NCBI GenBank assembly: GCA_043809745.1
Contig: JBDROU010000046.1
Span: 1,733-65,732, forward strand
From: a bacterium
Lineage (GTDB): Bacteria; Elusimicrobiota; JBDRMW01; JBDROU01
Length of the DNA stretch: 64,000 nucleotides
Direction of reading: 5' to 3'
The notes beneath the pieces are model-generated. The model worked only from the letters and a program-made list of their open reading frames with translations. It searched no databases and was not told where the DNA came from. Of this stretch, positions 27,834 to 36,848 are shown piece by piece; the stretch's first letter is position 1, and each line of letters opens with the position of its first letter. The translations under genes were made by a program, and so were the position numbers.

Positions 27834-29299
27834 TTTTTTATATATTTTCTAGCTATCAAGCGGTCATCAAAATCAATCCTCTTGTCCCCTATGATCTGAC
27901 AAGTCTCATGCCCTTTGCCTGCTAATAGTATTATGTCCCCGCACTTAGCATTATTAATAGCGCATTTTATAGCTTCCTCTCTATCTTCTATTAATGAGTA
28001 GTTATTTTTATTTATTGACTTTATCCCCTGTTCAATTTGATTCATTATCAATCTCGGATCTTCATCCCGCGGATTATCAGAAGTTACCACAACCCAATCA
28101 CTTAACTTGCTGGCTATTATACCCATCCGCGGCCTTTTATCTGTGTCCCTATTCCCGCCGCAGCCAAAAACAGTTATTATCCTTGCCGGCTTCAAACTCC
28201 TTATACATTTTAGTGCTTTTCCCAACGCATCATCAGTATGGGCATAATCCACTATAACATCATATTTATCTTTATTTGTAATCCTCTCCATCCTGCCCGG
28301 GATGCTCTGGAGCTTGCGCAGTCCCGGTATTGCTTCTTTAGGCTGTAAACCTAATTTAATACTGGCTCCTAATGCGGCTAAAACATTGTAAACGTTATGC
28401 TCGCCGAGCAGTTTAATATGCAACTGGTATTTCTTTTTATTGTATTCAATCTCAAGAGAAACACCCCGCACATCAGAATGAGCAATGTGAGCGCAAAGCT
28501 CAGAACCTTTATGGATGCCATACGACAAATGAGGTATAGTTATTGATGCGATCAGCTTTTTGCCCCATTCATCATCGGAATTTATTATAGCACATTTATT
28601 GATTTTTTTTGAATTTTTTGCATTCATCGCAAGATATTTTGTAAACAAGCTTTTTTTTGCATTAAAGTAGTCATCCATCGTTTTATGAAAATCCAGATGC
28701 TCGCCGGTTAGATTTGTAAAAACTGCCAAATCAAAATCCACTCCTGAAACCCTGTTTAAGCTCAATGCATGCGATGATACTTCCATAAATACATTTGAAA
28801 CAGAATTATCATGCATTTCTTTCAACAGACTCTGCAAATCGGCTGATTGCGGCGTTGTGTTAGGAGCAGCAACTATTTTATTGCCATACCTGTAATTAAT
28901 CGTGCCGATTACCCCTGTGTTTTTACCGATAGCCTTAAAAACGGATTCAAGCAAATAACAAACCGTAGTCTTTCCGTTAGTACCAGTAATCCCGACAACA
29001 TTCATTTTTTTCGATGGATTATCGTACACCCTATTAGCTAATGTTGCCATTACAGAAGACAAACTGGATGTACTTAGTATTGGAACTGTGTTGATTGAAT
29101 GGAATTTATCTTTACTGTATTGCTTCTTATCTATAAGAACAGCAGCTGCACCTTTAGAAATTGCGTCTTTTATAAAACTTGCACCGTCATGATGCTCTCC
29201 TATAATGGCAACAAAAATATCCCCGCGGGATATTTTTCTGGAATCCGCCTTAATTCCGGTTATCTCATTATTATTAGAATGCTTAACACTTAACGACAA
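27827..29299 (-). CDS. murE: UDP-MurNAc-L-alanyl-D-glutamate--2,6-diaminopimelate ligase
   Basis: 'GITGTNGKTTV' and 'DYAHTDDAL'. The 'GCGGNRDTDKRPRM' DNPR-type motif suggests meso-DAP specificity. Confidence 0.9.
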   Translation of the reverse strand: MSLSVKHSNNNEITGIKADSRKISRGDIFVAIIGEHHDGASFIKDAISKGAAAVLIDKKQYSKDKFHSINTVPILSTSSLSSVMATLANRVYDNPSKKMNVVGITGTNGKTTVCYLLESVFKAIGKNTGVIGTINYRYGNKIVAAPNTTPQSADLQSLLKEMHDNSVSNVFMEVSSHALSLNRVSGVDFDLAVFTNLTGEHLDFHKTMDDYFNAKKSLFTKYLAMNAKNSKKINKCAIINSDDEWGKKLIASITIPHLSYGIHKGSELCAHIAHSDVRGVSLEIEYNKKKYQLHIKLLGEHNVYNVLAALGASIKLGLQPKEAIPGLRKLQSIPGRMERITNKDKYDVIVDYAHTDDALGKALKCIRSLKPARIITVFGCGGNRDTDKRPRMGIIASKLSDWVVVTSDNPRDEDPRLIMNQIEQGIKSINKNNYSLIEDREEAIKCAINNAKCGDIILLAGKGHETCQIIGDKRIDFDDRLIARKYIKKC

Positions 29300-29315
29300 G
29301 CCTTTAATAAGTTCT

Positions 29316-31040
29316 TTAAGTTTTATCCGGTTTCTCCTTTATAATAACATTATCTACATAATCAACTTCATCGGGCAGGATATTCATATAACTCACCACC
29401 TGTCTAGCTATTCTGGAAAAAACAGGAGCGGCTATAACACCTCCCCAATATGAGGTCTTGGGTTCATCCAGCACTACAATAATAGCTATTTTAGGCCTGC
29501 TCGACGGCAAGAATCCGCAGAATGAGGCCACGTAATTCCTATCAGAATATCTATCTAATTCCTTATCAAATTTTTGTGCTGTGCCTGTTTTGCCGGCTAT
29601 TCTATATCCGCTTACTTGCGCCATTGTCCCTGTTCCTGTTTTTATTACACCTTCCAAAATCTTTTTCAGGTTTTCTGCCGTAGCTTTAGATATTATATTT
29701 CTAACCTTTGTAGGATTAGATTCCCATAAAATATTGTTCTTTTCATCAACCACCCTTTTAATTATTTTAGGCTCAAGTAATACTCCCTGATTGGCAATAG
29801 CGGAATAGGCACAAAGGACTTGAATACTGGTAACACCCACTTCCTGGCCAAATGAAATCATCGGAAGAGAGATTTTGGACCAGTATTTGGGCTTTCTTAG
29901 TATGCCTGATGACTCCCCTGGAAGCTTGATACCGGTTCGATTGCCAAACCCAAAAGCTCTTGCGTAGTAATAAGTTTTTTTCTTTCCTACCAACTCACCT
30001 ATCTGAGCCACCCCGATATTAGATGAATACTCGAATACCTGTTTGAAATTAAGCATGCCCCTTGGCTCGTGGTCATGTATTGTATTTGCCATAATTGTAT
30101 ACTTACCGTTATGGCAATTAAACATAGTGTTCATATCGCAGATTTTTTCTTCCAATGCGGCGGCGGCGGTTACTATCTTGAAAGTAGAACCTGGCTCGAA
30201 AACCTGACCTATAGCAAGATTATGCAGTTGACTAACCTGTTGAATATCTTGAGGAGAGTTATTTGAGAATTTTGGGCACATAGCCATAGCAAGGATCTCT
30301 CCAGTGCTTATGTCCTGCACTATAGCACATCCCCACTTGGATTTTGTAGACTCAAAAACACTGCTTAATTCTTTTTCTGCTATATATTGGATAGTCTTAT
30401 CAATTGTTAGATACACAGATCCATTTGACATCTCGTCAGATATTGCTCCATCCCAGTTAATCATCCTCCCCTTTGCATCTCTACCAAATACTTTTTCTTC
30501 TCCATGAGTCTTAAATATATTGCTTACCGTTAACTCAATACCGGACAACGGTTTATCATCCAGTCCTACTATTCCTAACAATGGGGAAGCTAACCCATCT
30601 TCAGGATAGTACCTCTTCCTCTCTTTTATACAGCCAATGCCCTTCAAATTTTCTAATTTTAGTTTTTCTGCTTTTGATTGTTCAACCATTCTCTTAAGCC
30701 ATATAAAGCTTTTGGTGGAATCTCTCACGCTATTTATATATTGCGCCTCATCTAATTCTAGAATTTCACATACTTTTTTCATAGTTGACTTAACATTCTC
30801 TAATTTTTTAGGATTTACAAAAAATGAGTCCGCATAGCTGGAAAATGCAAGCAACCTACCCTTTCTATCATAAATGGAACTCTTCAGAGGTTTTGTGTGC
30901 GAGACCTTCATCCACTGCTTTTTAGCTTTGTAAGACAACTCCGCGCGCTTCCATATTTGGAGGTAATACAGTCTGAAACTGAGCAATACATACAGCATAA
31001 ACATACTTATAAACGCTAATGTTAGTCTTTTATGTTTCAA
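29316..31040 (-). CDS. ftsI: Penicillin-binding protein 3 (FtsI) transpeptidase
   Basis: N-terminal TM, PBP dimerisation domain. 'STFK', 'SSN' and 'KTGT' active-site motifs. Confidence 0.9.
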   Translation of the reverse strand: MKHKRLTLAFISMFMLYVLLSFRLYYLQIWKRAELSYKAKKQWMKVSHTKPLKSSIYDRKGRLLAFSSYADSFFVNPKKLENVKSTMKKVCEILELDEAQYINSVRDSTKSFIWLKRMVEQSKAEKLKLENLKGIGCIKERKRYYPEDGLASPLLGIVGLDDKPLSGIELTVSNIFKTHGEEKVFGRDAKGRMINWDGAISDEMSNGSVYLTIDKTIQYIAEKELSSVFESTKSKWGCAIVQDISTGEILAMAMCPKFSNNSPQDIQQVSQLHNLAIGQVFEPGSTFKIVTAAAALEEKICDMNTMFNCHNGKYTIMANTIHDHEPRGMLNFKQVFEYSSNIGVAQIGELVGKKKTYYYARAFGFGNRTGIKLPGESSGILRKPKYWSKISLPMISFGQEVGVTSIQVLCAYSAIANQGVLLEPKIIKRVVDEKNNILWESNPTKVRNIISKATAENLKKILEGVIKTGTGTMAQVSGYRIAGKTGTAQKFDKELDRYSDRNYVASFCGFLPSSRPKIAIIVVLDEPKTSYWGGVIAAPVFSRIARQVVSYMNILPDEVDYVDNVIIKEKPDKT

Positions 31041-31067
31041 ATTTTCCTCGTCCCCATCTTAAATTAA

Positions 31068-31385
31068 TTATAATTTAGAAATATATTTTTTAGTTTTTAT
31101 TGTTGAATACCTAATTAAAATGACCTCATCTTTGGTGGGGAATCTTAAACCTAATTTCTGTCTAGCAATGGTATCAAGTCTCTCCAGAGAGGTAAATTCG
31201 TTGTATTTCATGCTAAGGACATCGTTCTCCAATTTATATTTAAAATATATTTCATTTTTTTGCTGCAGCTGGTATCCAAGCTTTATCACGTAAATATTTT
31301 CATATACATAGGCAAATAAAGATACCATTAAAAATATAAGTAAAACAAAATATAATCTGTAGTTGGCAGTATTTTTTTTTGCCAT
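31068..31385 (-). CDS. ftsL: Cell division protein FtsL
   Basis: 'MAKKNTANYRLYFVLLIFLMVSLFAYVY' (short cytoplasmic tail plus TM) followed by a coiled-coil. Located between rsmH and ftsI. The track ORF starting at TTG 31508 adds a junk 41-aa extension that reads through a GC hairpin. Confidence 0.6.
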   Translation of the reverse strand: MAKKNTANYRLYFVLLIFLMVSLFAYVYENIYVIKLGYQLQQKNEIYFKYKLENDVLSMKYNEFTSLERLDTIARQKLGLRFPTKDEVILIRYSTIKTKKYISKL

Positions 31386-31467
31386 AATTCTTTTTATGAA
31401 CAATAACTTAATAAAGTAAAAAACTATTAATATATGCGGTGGAATAAAGGTAGATGTGCAAATCGTA

Positions 31468-31503
31468 GGGTGGGCGTCCCGCCGAGTAAAGACGCCCACT
31501 CCT
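31468..31503 (-). promoter_or_regulatory. GC-rich hairpin in the rsmH-ftsL intergenic region: GTGGGCGTC-(12 nt)-GACGCCCAC, extendable to 12 bp with one bulge
   Basis: 9 of 9 perfect complementarity, at 31470-31478 and 31491-31499. GC-rich stem in an AT-rich genome. No U-tract follows on the transcribed strand. Confidence 0.4.
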
Positions 31504-31511
31504 ATCAAATC

Positions 31512-32465
31512 TTATACTTTTTCAGCAACTCTTAGTCTTGCGCTTCGCGCTCTGGGATTAAATCTAATCTCTTTTTCTTTAGGCTTAATAACCTTCGGAA
31601 GTATAATGTTAAACCTCTTCTGATATCCGCATACACATCGCGGCACAAATGGTGAACATGTGCAGCCGCGCGAGTTGTTGAATATATACTTTTTAACCAT
31701 CCTATCTTCTGCAGAATGGAAGCTGATAACCGCCATTCGGCCCTTCGATAGTAGTGAATCTGCTATCTCAATCATTGCCGCCTCCAAATGCTTTAACTCT
31801 TCATTTATAAAAATCCTTATAGCCTGGAAAGTCTTTGTGGCTGGATGAATATGACTCCTCCCATAAAATCTTCCCACTGATGTACTGATAATTTCAGCAA
31901 CTTCTTTTGTCGTTTCAATTTGTTTTTTTTCTCTATATCTTATTATTGCTTTTGCAATACGCCTGCTAAATCGTTCTTCTCCGTAAACATATAAGCAATG
32001 GGATAATTCACTATAAGAAACATACGATAGATACTCAGCCGCAGTAATACCCTTAGATCTGTCAAAACGCATATCGAGCGGCCCGTTATTAGTAAAACTG
32101 AAGCCTCTTTCAGCGCTATCTATCTGTAAAGAAGAAAAACCAAGATCCAAAAGCACGCCATTCACATGCTTTACCTTAAAATCCTTTAGTACAGATCTTA
32201 TTTGCGAGTATTCGCTATGGACGAAGTGAATCCTGCTTTTATACTCTTTCAAACGCTCCTTGGCTACCGAAAGCGCTTCATTATCCCTATCAATTGCAAT
32301 CAGCCGCGCTCTTGGCCCTAATGCGCGCATTAAATGAAAGGCATGCCCGCCAACACCCACAGTGCCGTCAACATAAACCCCATTACGATCTGTAATAAGA
32401 CACTTTTTAACTTCATCAACCATTACCGGCTGATGACATTCGCAGATTTTCAAAGAACTCTCCAT
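31512..32465 (-). CDS. rsmH: 16S rRNA (cytosine1402-N4)-methyltransferase
   Basis: 'GTVGVGGHA' SAM-binding motif, 'DLGFSSLQID' and 'ISFHSAEDRMVK'. Confidence 0.9.
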   Translation of the reverse strand: MESSLKICECHQPVMVDEVKKCLITDRNGVYVDGTVGVGGHAFHLMRALGPRARLIAIDRDNEALSVAKERLKEYKSRIHFVHSEYSQIRSVLKDFKVKHVNGVLLDLGFSSLQIDSAERGFSFTNNGPLDMRFDRSKGITAAEYLSYVSYSELSHCLYVYGEERFSRRIAKAIIRYREKKQIETTKEVAEIISTSVGRFYGRSHIHPATKTFQAIRIFINEELKHLEAAMIEIADSLLSKGRMAVISFHSAEDRMVKKYIFNNSRGCTCSPFVPRCVCGYQKRFNIILPKVIKPKEKEIRFNPRARSARLRVAEKV

Positions 32466-32472
32466 AAAAGGA

Positions 32473-32910
32473 CTATATCTCTAACTTAGAAGCTATATTG
32501 TTAAAGGTTTTATCGGCATATTGCTTATATTTTCTCCACCTGCTCTCTTCCCATAACTCAATTCTATCCCACACACCCAATATCACAACTTCTTCTTTTA
32601 ATACCGCGTGATCTACTAAATGATGCGGTATCAGAATCCTTCCCTGTGAATCCGGCACAACTTCTGTTGCCCCGGATAGCAGCAGCCTCTTAAAGGCTCT
32701 TTCCTCCATTTTGTCAGCAACCGGCAAATTCTTAAATTTGTCTGAGATATTTATAAATGTTTTCGGATCATATAAGTAGAGGCAACCATCAAGTCCGCGG
32801 GTTAGTATGAAACTTTTGAATCTTTGTTGGAAGGATTTTTTGCGGAAATTTGACGGGATAAATAACCTATTCTTTTTATCCAAGGAATGTTTAAATTCAC
32901 CCATGAACAT
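32473..32910 (-). CDS. mraZ: Transcriptional regulator MraZ
   Basis: 'MFMGEFKHSLDKKNRLFIP' and a second SpoVT/AbrB-like repeat 'DSQGRILIP'. 145 aa, first gene of the dcw cluster. Confidence 0.9.
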   Translation of the reverse strand: MFMGEFKHSLDKKNRLFIPSNFRKKSFQQRFKSFILTRGLDGCLYLYDPKTFINISDKFKNLPVADKMEERAFKRLLLSGATEVVPDSQGRILIPHHLVDHAVLKEEVVILGVWDRIELWEESRWRKYKQYADKTFNNIASKLEI

Positions 32911-33020
32911 TGAGGTTGCCTCTTTATCTTTCGATTATCCCAACTTATTTTTATTCGCTTTTACTCTTTTATTAACAAAATTGCTTTTGAAACGCCTTAA
33001 GTCAAAAAAGAACATTTCGA

Positions 33021-33080
33021 CACTTAAACTCACTATGCTACACTTTCAAACACTATTCACCACTATCCACCACCTATAGT
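33021..33080 (-). promoter_or_regulatory. Candidate MraZ operator: six exactly 10-bp-phased repeats (plus strand CACT at 33021/31/41/51/61 and CACC at 33071; minus strand AGTG five times and GGTG once) just downstream of the mra promoter
   Basis: Phasing read directly from sequence. MraZ is known to bind phased direct repeats (TGGGN in E. coli, AAAGTG[T/G] in mollicutes) overlapping the transcription start of its own operon. Confidence 0.5.
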
Positions 33081-33081
33081 A

Positions 33082-33110
33082 AATATATAATCTAATTGAC
33101 CAATTGTCAA
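33082..33110 (-). promoter_or_regulatory. Pmra candidate sigma70 promoter (minus strand TTGACA-N17-TATATT)
   Basis: TTGACA is the revcomp of 33105-33110 and TATATT the revcomp of 33082-33087, with an exact 17-nt spacer. It lies ~170 nt upstream of mraZ. Confidence 0.5.
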
Positions 33111-33303
33111 GAAAAAATTATATATTTTTTATTTTTTATTTATTAAGTCAGGTTTTATCGAGAGAAATCAGAATATTACTAATCAATAAATATTTATACT
33201 TGCTTAACAACTTCTTCGCCAATTACGCCTTGCAAATTGTTTTCTTTTATATTTTTTACAACCAAACACTTTGCCATAACATCATGCAACCTTAGCTTAA
33301 AAA

Positions 33304-33766
33304 AATGGGAGAAGTATCGGTACACCGAATTCTGTCCTCAATAATAAATATTGAGTGGAGATCATTAAACTAAGACCTAAACTTCAGGCCTTCGTCAATC
33401 TTAAACACTTGCATGTTTAAAATCCAACGTGCGATAAACCTGAAAGGTTTCCAAATCTCTTTGGAAAAGGAAAGAGCATCCATCCTTTCACCTAATTTTA
33501 TCTTGCTCCCTATGGGGTTTGCCGTGCCCTCTCGGTTACCCTTGAGGCGGTAAGCTCTTAACTCACCTTTTCACCCTTACCCACCTTTAAAACGGCGGGC
33601 GGTTTATTTTCTGTGGCACTTTCCGTATTCAAATTCCCCAAAACCTAGATTCTGGAAAAATATTGAATCCCTAGATTAACTCTAGGCATAGCGCTCTTAG
33701 GAGTTCGGACTTTCCTCTCTAAAACACAGTTGTTCTAGAGCGATCCCCTGATACATTCTCCCATTC
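33304..33766 (-). ncRNA. rnpB: RNase P RNA (bacterial type A)
   Basis: Minus-strand sequence contains 'GAGAGGAAAGUCCGAAC' (P4/CR-I), 'AGUGCCACAGAAAAUAAACCGCC' (cf. E. coli GUGCAACAGAGAGCAAACCGCC) and 'GGUAAGGGUGAAAAGGUGAGUUAAGAGCUUACCGCC' (P10-P12 region). P1 pairs 33750-33765 with 33304-33319. There is no long ORF in this region. Confidence 0.85.
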
Positions 33767-34205
33767 AAAAAAGATCTTGTACACCATTGTTTTTATCTTT
33801 GAAAGATTGGTTCGCAAGAAAATCAGCTTCCTTGTTCTTGCTTCGGCTTATATGAGAAATTTCGAATTTTTTGAATTTATTCTTTAATCTTATAACTTCT
33901 TGCAGCAACAATAAAAGAGTCGGTTCTTTTACTTTATAGTAGCCATTAAGCTGCTTAACCATTAACTCTGAATCTGAAAAAACCTTAACTTCTTTTTCCC
34001 CTGATATTTTTTCTATGCTCATTAGGCCAAAAATGAGTGCTTTATATTCAGCAATATTATTTGTGGCAACACCTATGCTTTCAGAAAACTTTAATAGATT
34101 CTCCCCGGAAACATCCTTGACTACCCCTCCAATCCCTGCAGGCCCAGGATTACCTCTACAAGCACCATCACAGAATAAATGCAAAGACTTTTTAACTTTC
34201 GGCAT
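33765..34205 (-). CDS. rnhA: Ribonuclease HI
   Basis: 'LFCDGACRGNPGPAGIG' (DGAC..NPG), 'TNNIAEYKAL' and 'SDSELMV' are RNase H catalytic motifs. Confidence 0.9.
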   Translation of the reverse strand: MPKVKKSLHLFCDGACRGNPGPAGIGGVVKDVSGENLLKFSESIGVATNNIAEYKALIFGLMSIEKISGEKEVKVFSDSELMVKQLNGYYKVKEPTLLLLLQEVIRLKNKFKKFEISHISRSKNKEADFLANQSFKDKNNGVQDLF

Positions 34206-34917
34206 CTTTTACAGCCTTTTCAGTATAAAGGATGCGCGAGCAAGTCTCACAAATAACCAAATCCTTATTTGTTAAGGCCACGTTTAATGTATGAGGCGGC
34301 AGTTCCATATGGCATCCGCCGCACATATTATTATTAATAGGGACTACGGCTGTCCCCTTCTCTGCTTTTCTAATGTATTGATATCTTTGCAAAGCCGCGC
34401 CATTTATAGTTTTGGAAAACTCTCCACATTCCTTAATTTTCGTTTCTCTTTCCAAAGTCTTTGATTTTATGGTATTCTCAAGTTCACCAATTTTCCTCTG
34501 GGAATCTGCTTCATCTTTTTTTAACCCCTGCTCACGCTTCTTTACTTCCTTGTTAAATGTATCTATGCCTTCCATTAATGTAAGTATTTCCTCTTCTAAA
34601 ATGTCTTTTTGCTGTTTGCACTTATCAATTTCCTTTAATATTGCCCTGTAAGCTTCGTTTGTCTTTACAGTATTTAGCTCTTGGTTATGTTTTATAATTT
34701 CCTTCTCCTTACCGTCCAGCTCGCCTTCCTTTGATTTCTTTCCAACTAATCTTTGATTATTCTCTTTCTTAAAATCTTCAAATTCTTTGCGCCTGACTTC
34801 CAACTCAGATTTCAGATTCTCAATCTCAACCGGAAGGTCCTCTAATTCTTCGGTAAGACTATCTATATATAAATCCTTCTGCTGCAGATCCAATAATTGC
34901 TTCAGGCTGTCTTTCAT
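34192..34917 (-). CDS. COG1579/DUF164 zinc-ribbon coiled-coil protein
   Basis: Long coiled-coil followed by a C4 zinc ribbon 'CGGCHMELPP...CETCSRILY'. Architecture of the zf-RING_7 family. Confidence 0.7.
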   Translation of the reverse strand: MKDSLKQLLDLQQKDLYIDSLTEELEDLPVEIENLKSELEVRRKEFEDFKKENNQRLVGKKSKEGELDGKEKEIIKHNQELNTVKTNEAYRAILKEIDKCKQQKDILEEEILTLMEGIDTFNKEVKKREQGLKKDEADSQRKIGELENTIKSKTLERETKIKECGEFSKTINGAALQRYQYIRKAEKGTAVVPINNNMCGGCHMELPPHTLNVALTNKDLVICETCSRILYTEKAVKDAES

Positions 34918-34970
34918 ACTTTAAGTCTCCATTCCTTCCTAGATTAACGTATGTCTTTCAATGTTTGCAA

Positions 34971-35042
34971 TGGGCAATGTAGGGATTGAACCTACGGCCT
35001 TTCGCATGTGAAGCGAACGCTCTACCACTGAGCCAATTGCCC
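34971..35042 (-). tRNA. tRNA-Val (anticodon CAC)
   Basis: Minus-strand 72 nt folds as a cloverleaf: acceptor GGGCAAT/ATTGCCC, D-arm GCTC-AGTGGTA-GAGC, anticodon arm TTCGC-TTCACAT-GCGAA, T-arm GTAGG-TTCAATC-CCTAC, discriminator A. No CCA is encoded. Confidence 0.85.
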
Positions 35043-35142
35043 ACCTTCTGGGAAATTTTTGTGAAGATAAGTACCCTTTAATCTATGAATTGAACTAAAT
35101 AGTTTAATGGCGTCTTTTGCTGTAATCCGTGAATAATCAGAA

Positions 35143-35436
35143 CTAGTCAATTTTTTCTAATTCGTATTTAGAAAATTTCTCAAGAGACTCTTTTCTTATC
35201 CTAATTTTTAATCCTACAAATTTATCTTCATTGTTTTTTCTTAACGGTTCCAGCTTCTCTGCTAATGATTTCGGAGCGATATACAGTTTATTTATCGAAT
35301 CAGATTTCCCAACTTTAACAAGTAAAACTGGGGTATACCCTTTTACAGTCAGGATTATCTCAGGACCGCCAATCACTTCAATAATAGTCCATTCCGTGTT
35401 CATCTTTACTACAGGCGTTGTGTCAAGATTAGGCAT
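35143..35436 (-). CDS. Hypothetical small protein (97 aa)
   Basis: ORF with a reasonable context; no recognisable motif. Confidence 0.35.
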   Translation of the reverse strand: MPNLDTTPVVKMNTEWTIIEVIGGPEIILTVKGYTPVLLVKVGKSDSINKLYIAPKSLAEKLEPLRKNNEDKFVGLKIRIRKESLEKFSKYELEKID

Positions 35437-35609
35437 ATTTCCTCCCTTAATCCAATATATACTGCATTTAGTTAGATTCTAACTAATAATTTAATAAGTT
35501 TCAATAATTATTCTGATGGATGATGGAGTTTCCCCAATTTATTTTTTAACTTTGCAAAGCCCTTATAAAAACAGTAGAAAATATTTTTTGCAACGACTTG
35601 CAAATTTTA

Positions 35610-35723
35610 GGGTTTCGAAGAAAATATTCTGAAACTTTTGCCGACATGTTTGAGCCGCAAAAAGTCGTCGACTTTTTGCGAGTGAGTTGTCGGCAAACCG
35701 AATATTTTCGTTTATCGAAACCC
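35610..35723. repeat. 114-nt nested imperfect palindrome. Outer arms GGGTTTCGAAGAAAATATTC / GAATATTTTCGTTTATCGAAACCC; middle arms CTTTTGCCGACA / TGTCGGCAAA; central perfect 11-bp-arm palindrome GCAAAAAGTCG-T-CGACTTTTTGC
   Basis: Outer arms 35610-35629 and 35700-35723, middle 35635-35646 and 35688-35697, centre 35657-35679. It lies downstream of the barrel gene, near tRNA-Val. Confidence 0.5.
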
Positions 35724-35845
35724 GTAAAGAATTTTGCATTAGAGTGAAAAAAATGTTTTCTGCTGTTTCCACTTGTTATACCAAACCTTTGTTTATTTTT
35801 ATGGATAAAATTAACAAATGAATTAAAATTCTGGGGAAACTATTG

Positions 35846-36844
35846 TTATTCTGCCGGGGTGCTTTTTTTGTCTTTCTTCGGTGTGCCGAATCTGCAAAGT
35901 AAGCTTACTCTATGCGACCCGGTTGTTTCTAGAATCTCCAACGGCCATATAAACGCGTAATCTATCTGTATGCCAAAGTCACCTGTATCAAACAGATAAC
36001 CCAACCCTAATGTTAACTCCCTGGTATTTCCTCCCAAACGAAGCCCCATAACTTTATCAAAGAAGAAGTTTTCCCATCCTAAATGAACATTTAGATCATC
36101 GTCCCTGTATGTAAGATCGACCGCGGCTAACGCTTCAGTCAGCAGCCATATATCCCCAAACAGATAACAGAATCCTAATTTATATTCTCTCGGAATCCTA
36201 TCAGTCTCAAGCAATCCTATATCGGGTTCATTAAGCATCTTAACGCTGAATCCAACACTCTCTGATTCAAAATTAGCCAGTACGCCTAAATCAACCGCAA
36301 GAGCACTGCTATACCTGCCTTTGGCAAACACAGGATCAGATCTTGTACGATCATCAAGCGTATAACCGTTGCGCAGGAATTTAATATTACCGCCTATATA
36401 TATATCCGCATTTACTTGCTGATAGACATCCAGATCATGAGCATAGTTTATTGTTGCCGTATCCTCCCTATAGAGTCCGTTAGCTATAAAGTTAGCCCAG
36501 CTTATACCCCAGGCTCCGCCGTTATCCATTGGATGAGCATACGCAAAGTAATTTAACCCCAGTTTTACCGCGGACAGCCCTGTATAAAGACGTGAGTACA
36601 TGAAGCTGCCCTCAGGCCGCTCAAGCTGGCCGATACCTGCAGGATTATAAAGTATGGAATTCACGTCATCCGCAACCGCGGTAAAAGCGCCGCCCATTCC
36701 CGCGGGCCGCGCGCCCCACCCGGAATCTTTGAACGCGCACCATACCGGCGGCGAAATCAAAAACAAGACGCTTAAGATTCCTAGAACCTTTATAATTTTT
36801 CTATGAATTTTGAGTTTCATGCTAACCACGTCCTTAAAAACCAC
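35846..36844 (-). CDS. Outer-membrane beta-barrel protein, FadL/OmpP1/PorV-like (possibly a PorP/SprF-type partner of the adjacent CTD protein)
   Basis: Signal peptide then 'GWGARPAGMGGAFTAVADDVNSILYNPAGIG', which matches the N-terminal motif of FadL/PorV-family barrels (..GRA.sG.GA.ADDA....NPA). Beta-rich with an aromatic C-terminal region. 332 aa is shorter than FadL proper. Confidence 0.5.
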   Translation of the reverse strand: MVFKDVVSMKLKIHRKIIKVLGILSVLFLISPPVWCAFKDSGWGARPAGMGGAFTAVADDVNSILYNPAGIGQLERPEGSFMYSRLYTGLSAVKLGLNYFAYAHPMDNGGAWGISWANFIANGLYREDTATINYAHDLDVYQQVNADIYIGGNIKFLRNGYTLDDRTRSDPVFAKGRYSSALAVDLGVLANFESESVGFSVKMLNEPDIGLLETDRIPREYKLGFCYLFGDIWLLTEALAAVDLTYRDDDLNVHLGWENFFFDKVMGLRLGGNTRELTLGLGYLFDTGDFGIQIDYAFIWPLEILETTGSHRVSLLCRFGTPKKDKKSTPAE

Positions 36845-36848
36845 ACTC

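Noticed and set aside
31386-31508. 41-aa N-terminal extension of the ftsL ORF (TTG start)
   Set aside because: It translates through a GC hairpin and has no FtsL-like character. The ATG at 31385 gives a canonical short-tail plus TM FtsL.
35563-35772. 69-aa ORF
   Set aside because: It lies entirely within the 114-nt nested palindrome. The composition is driven by the repeat and there is no RBS.
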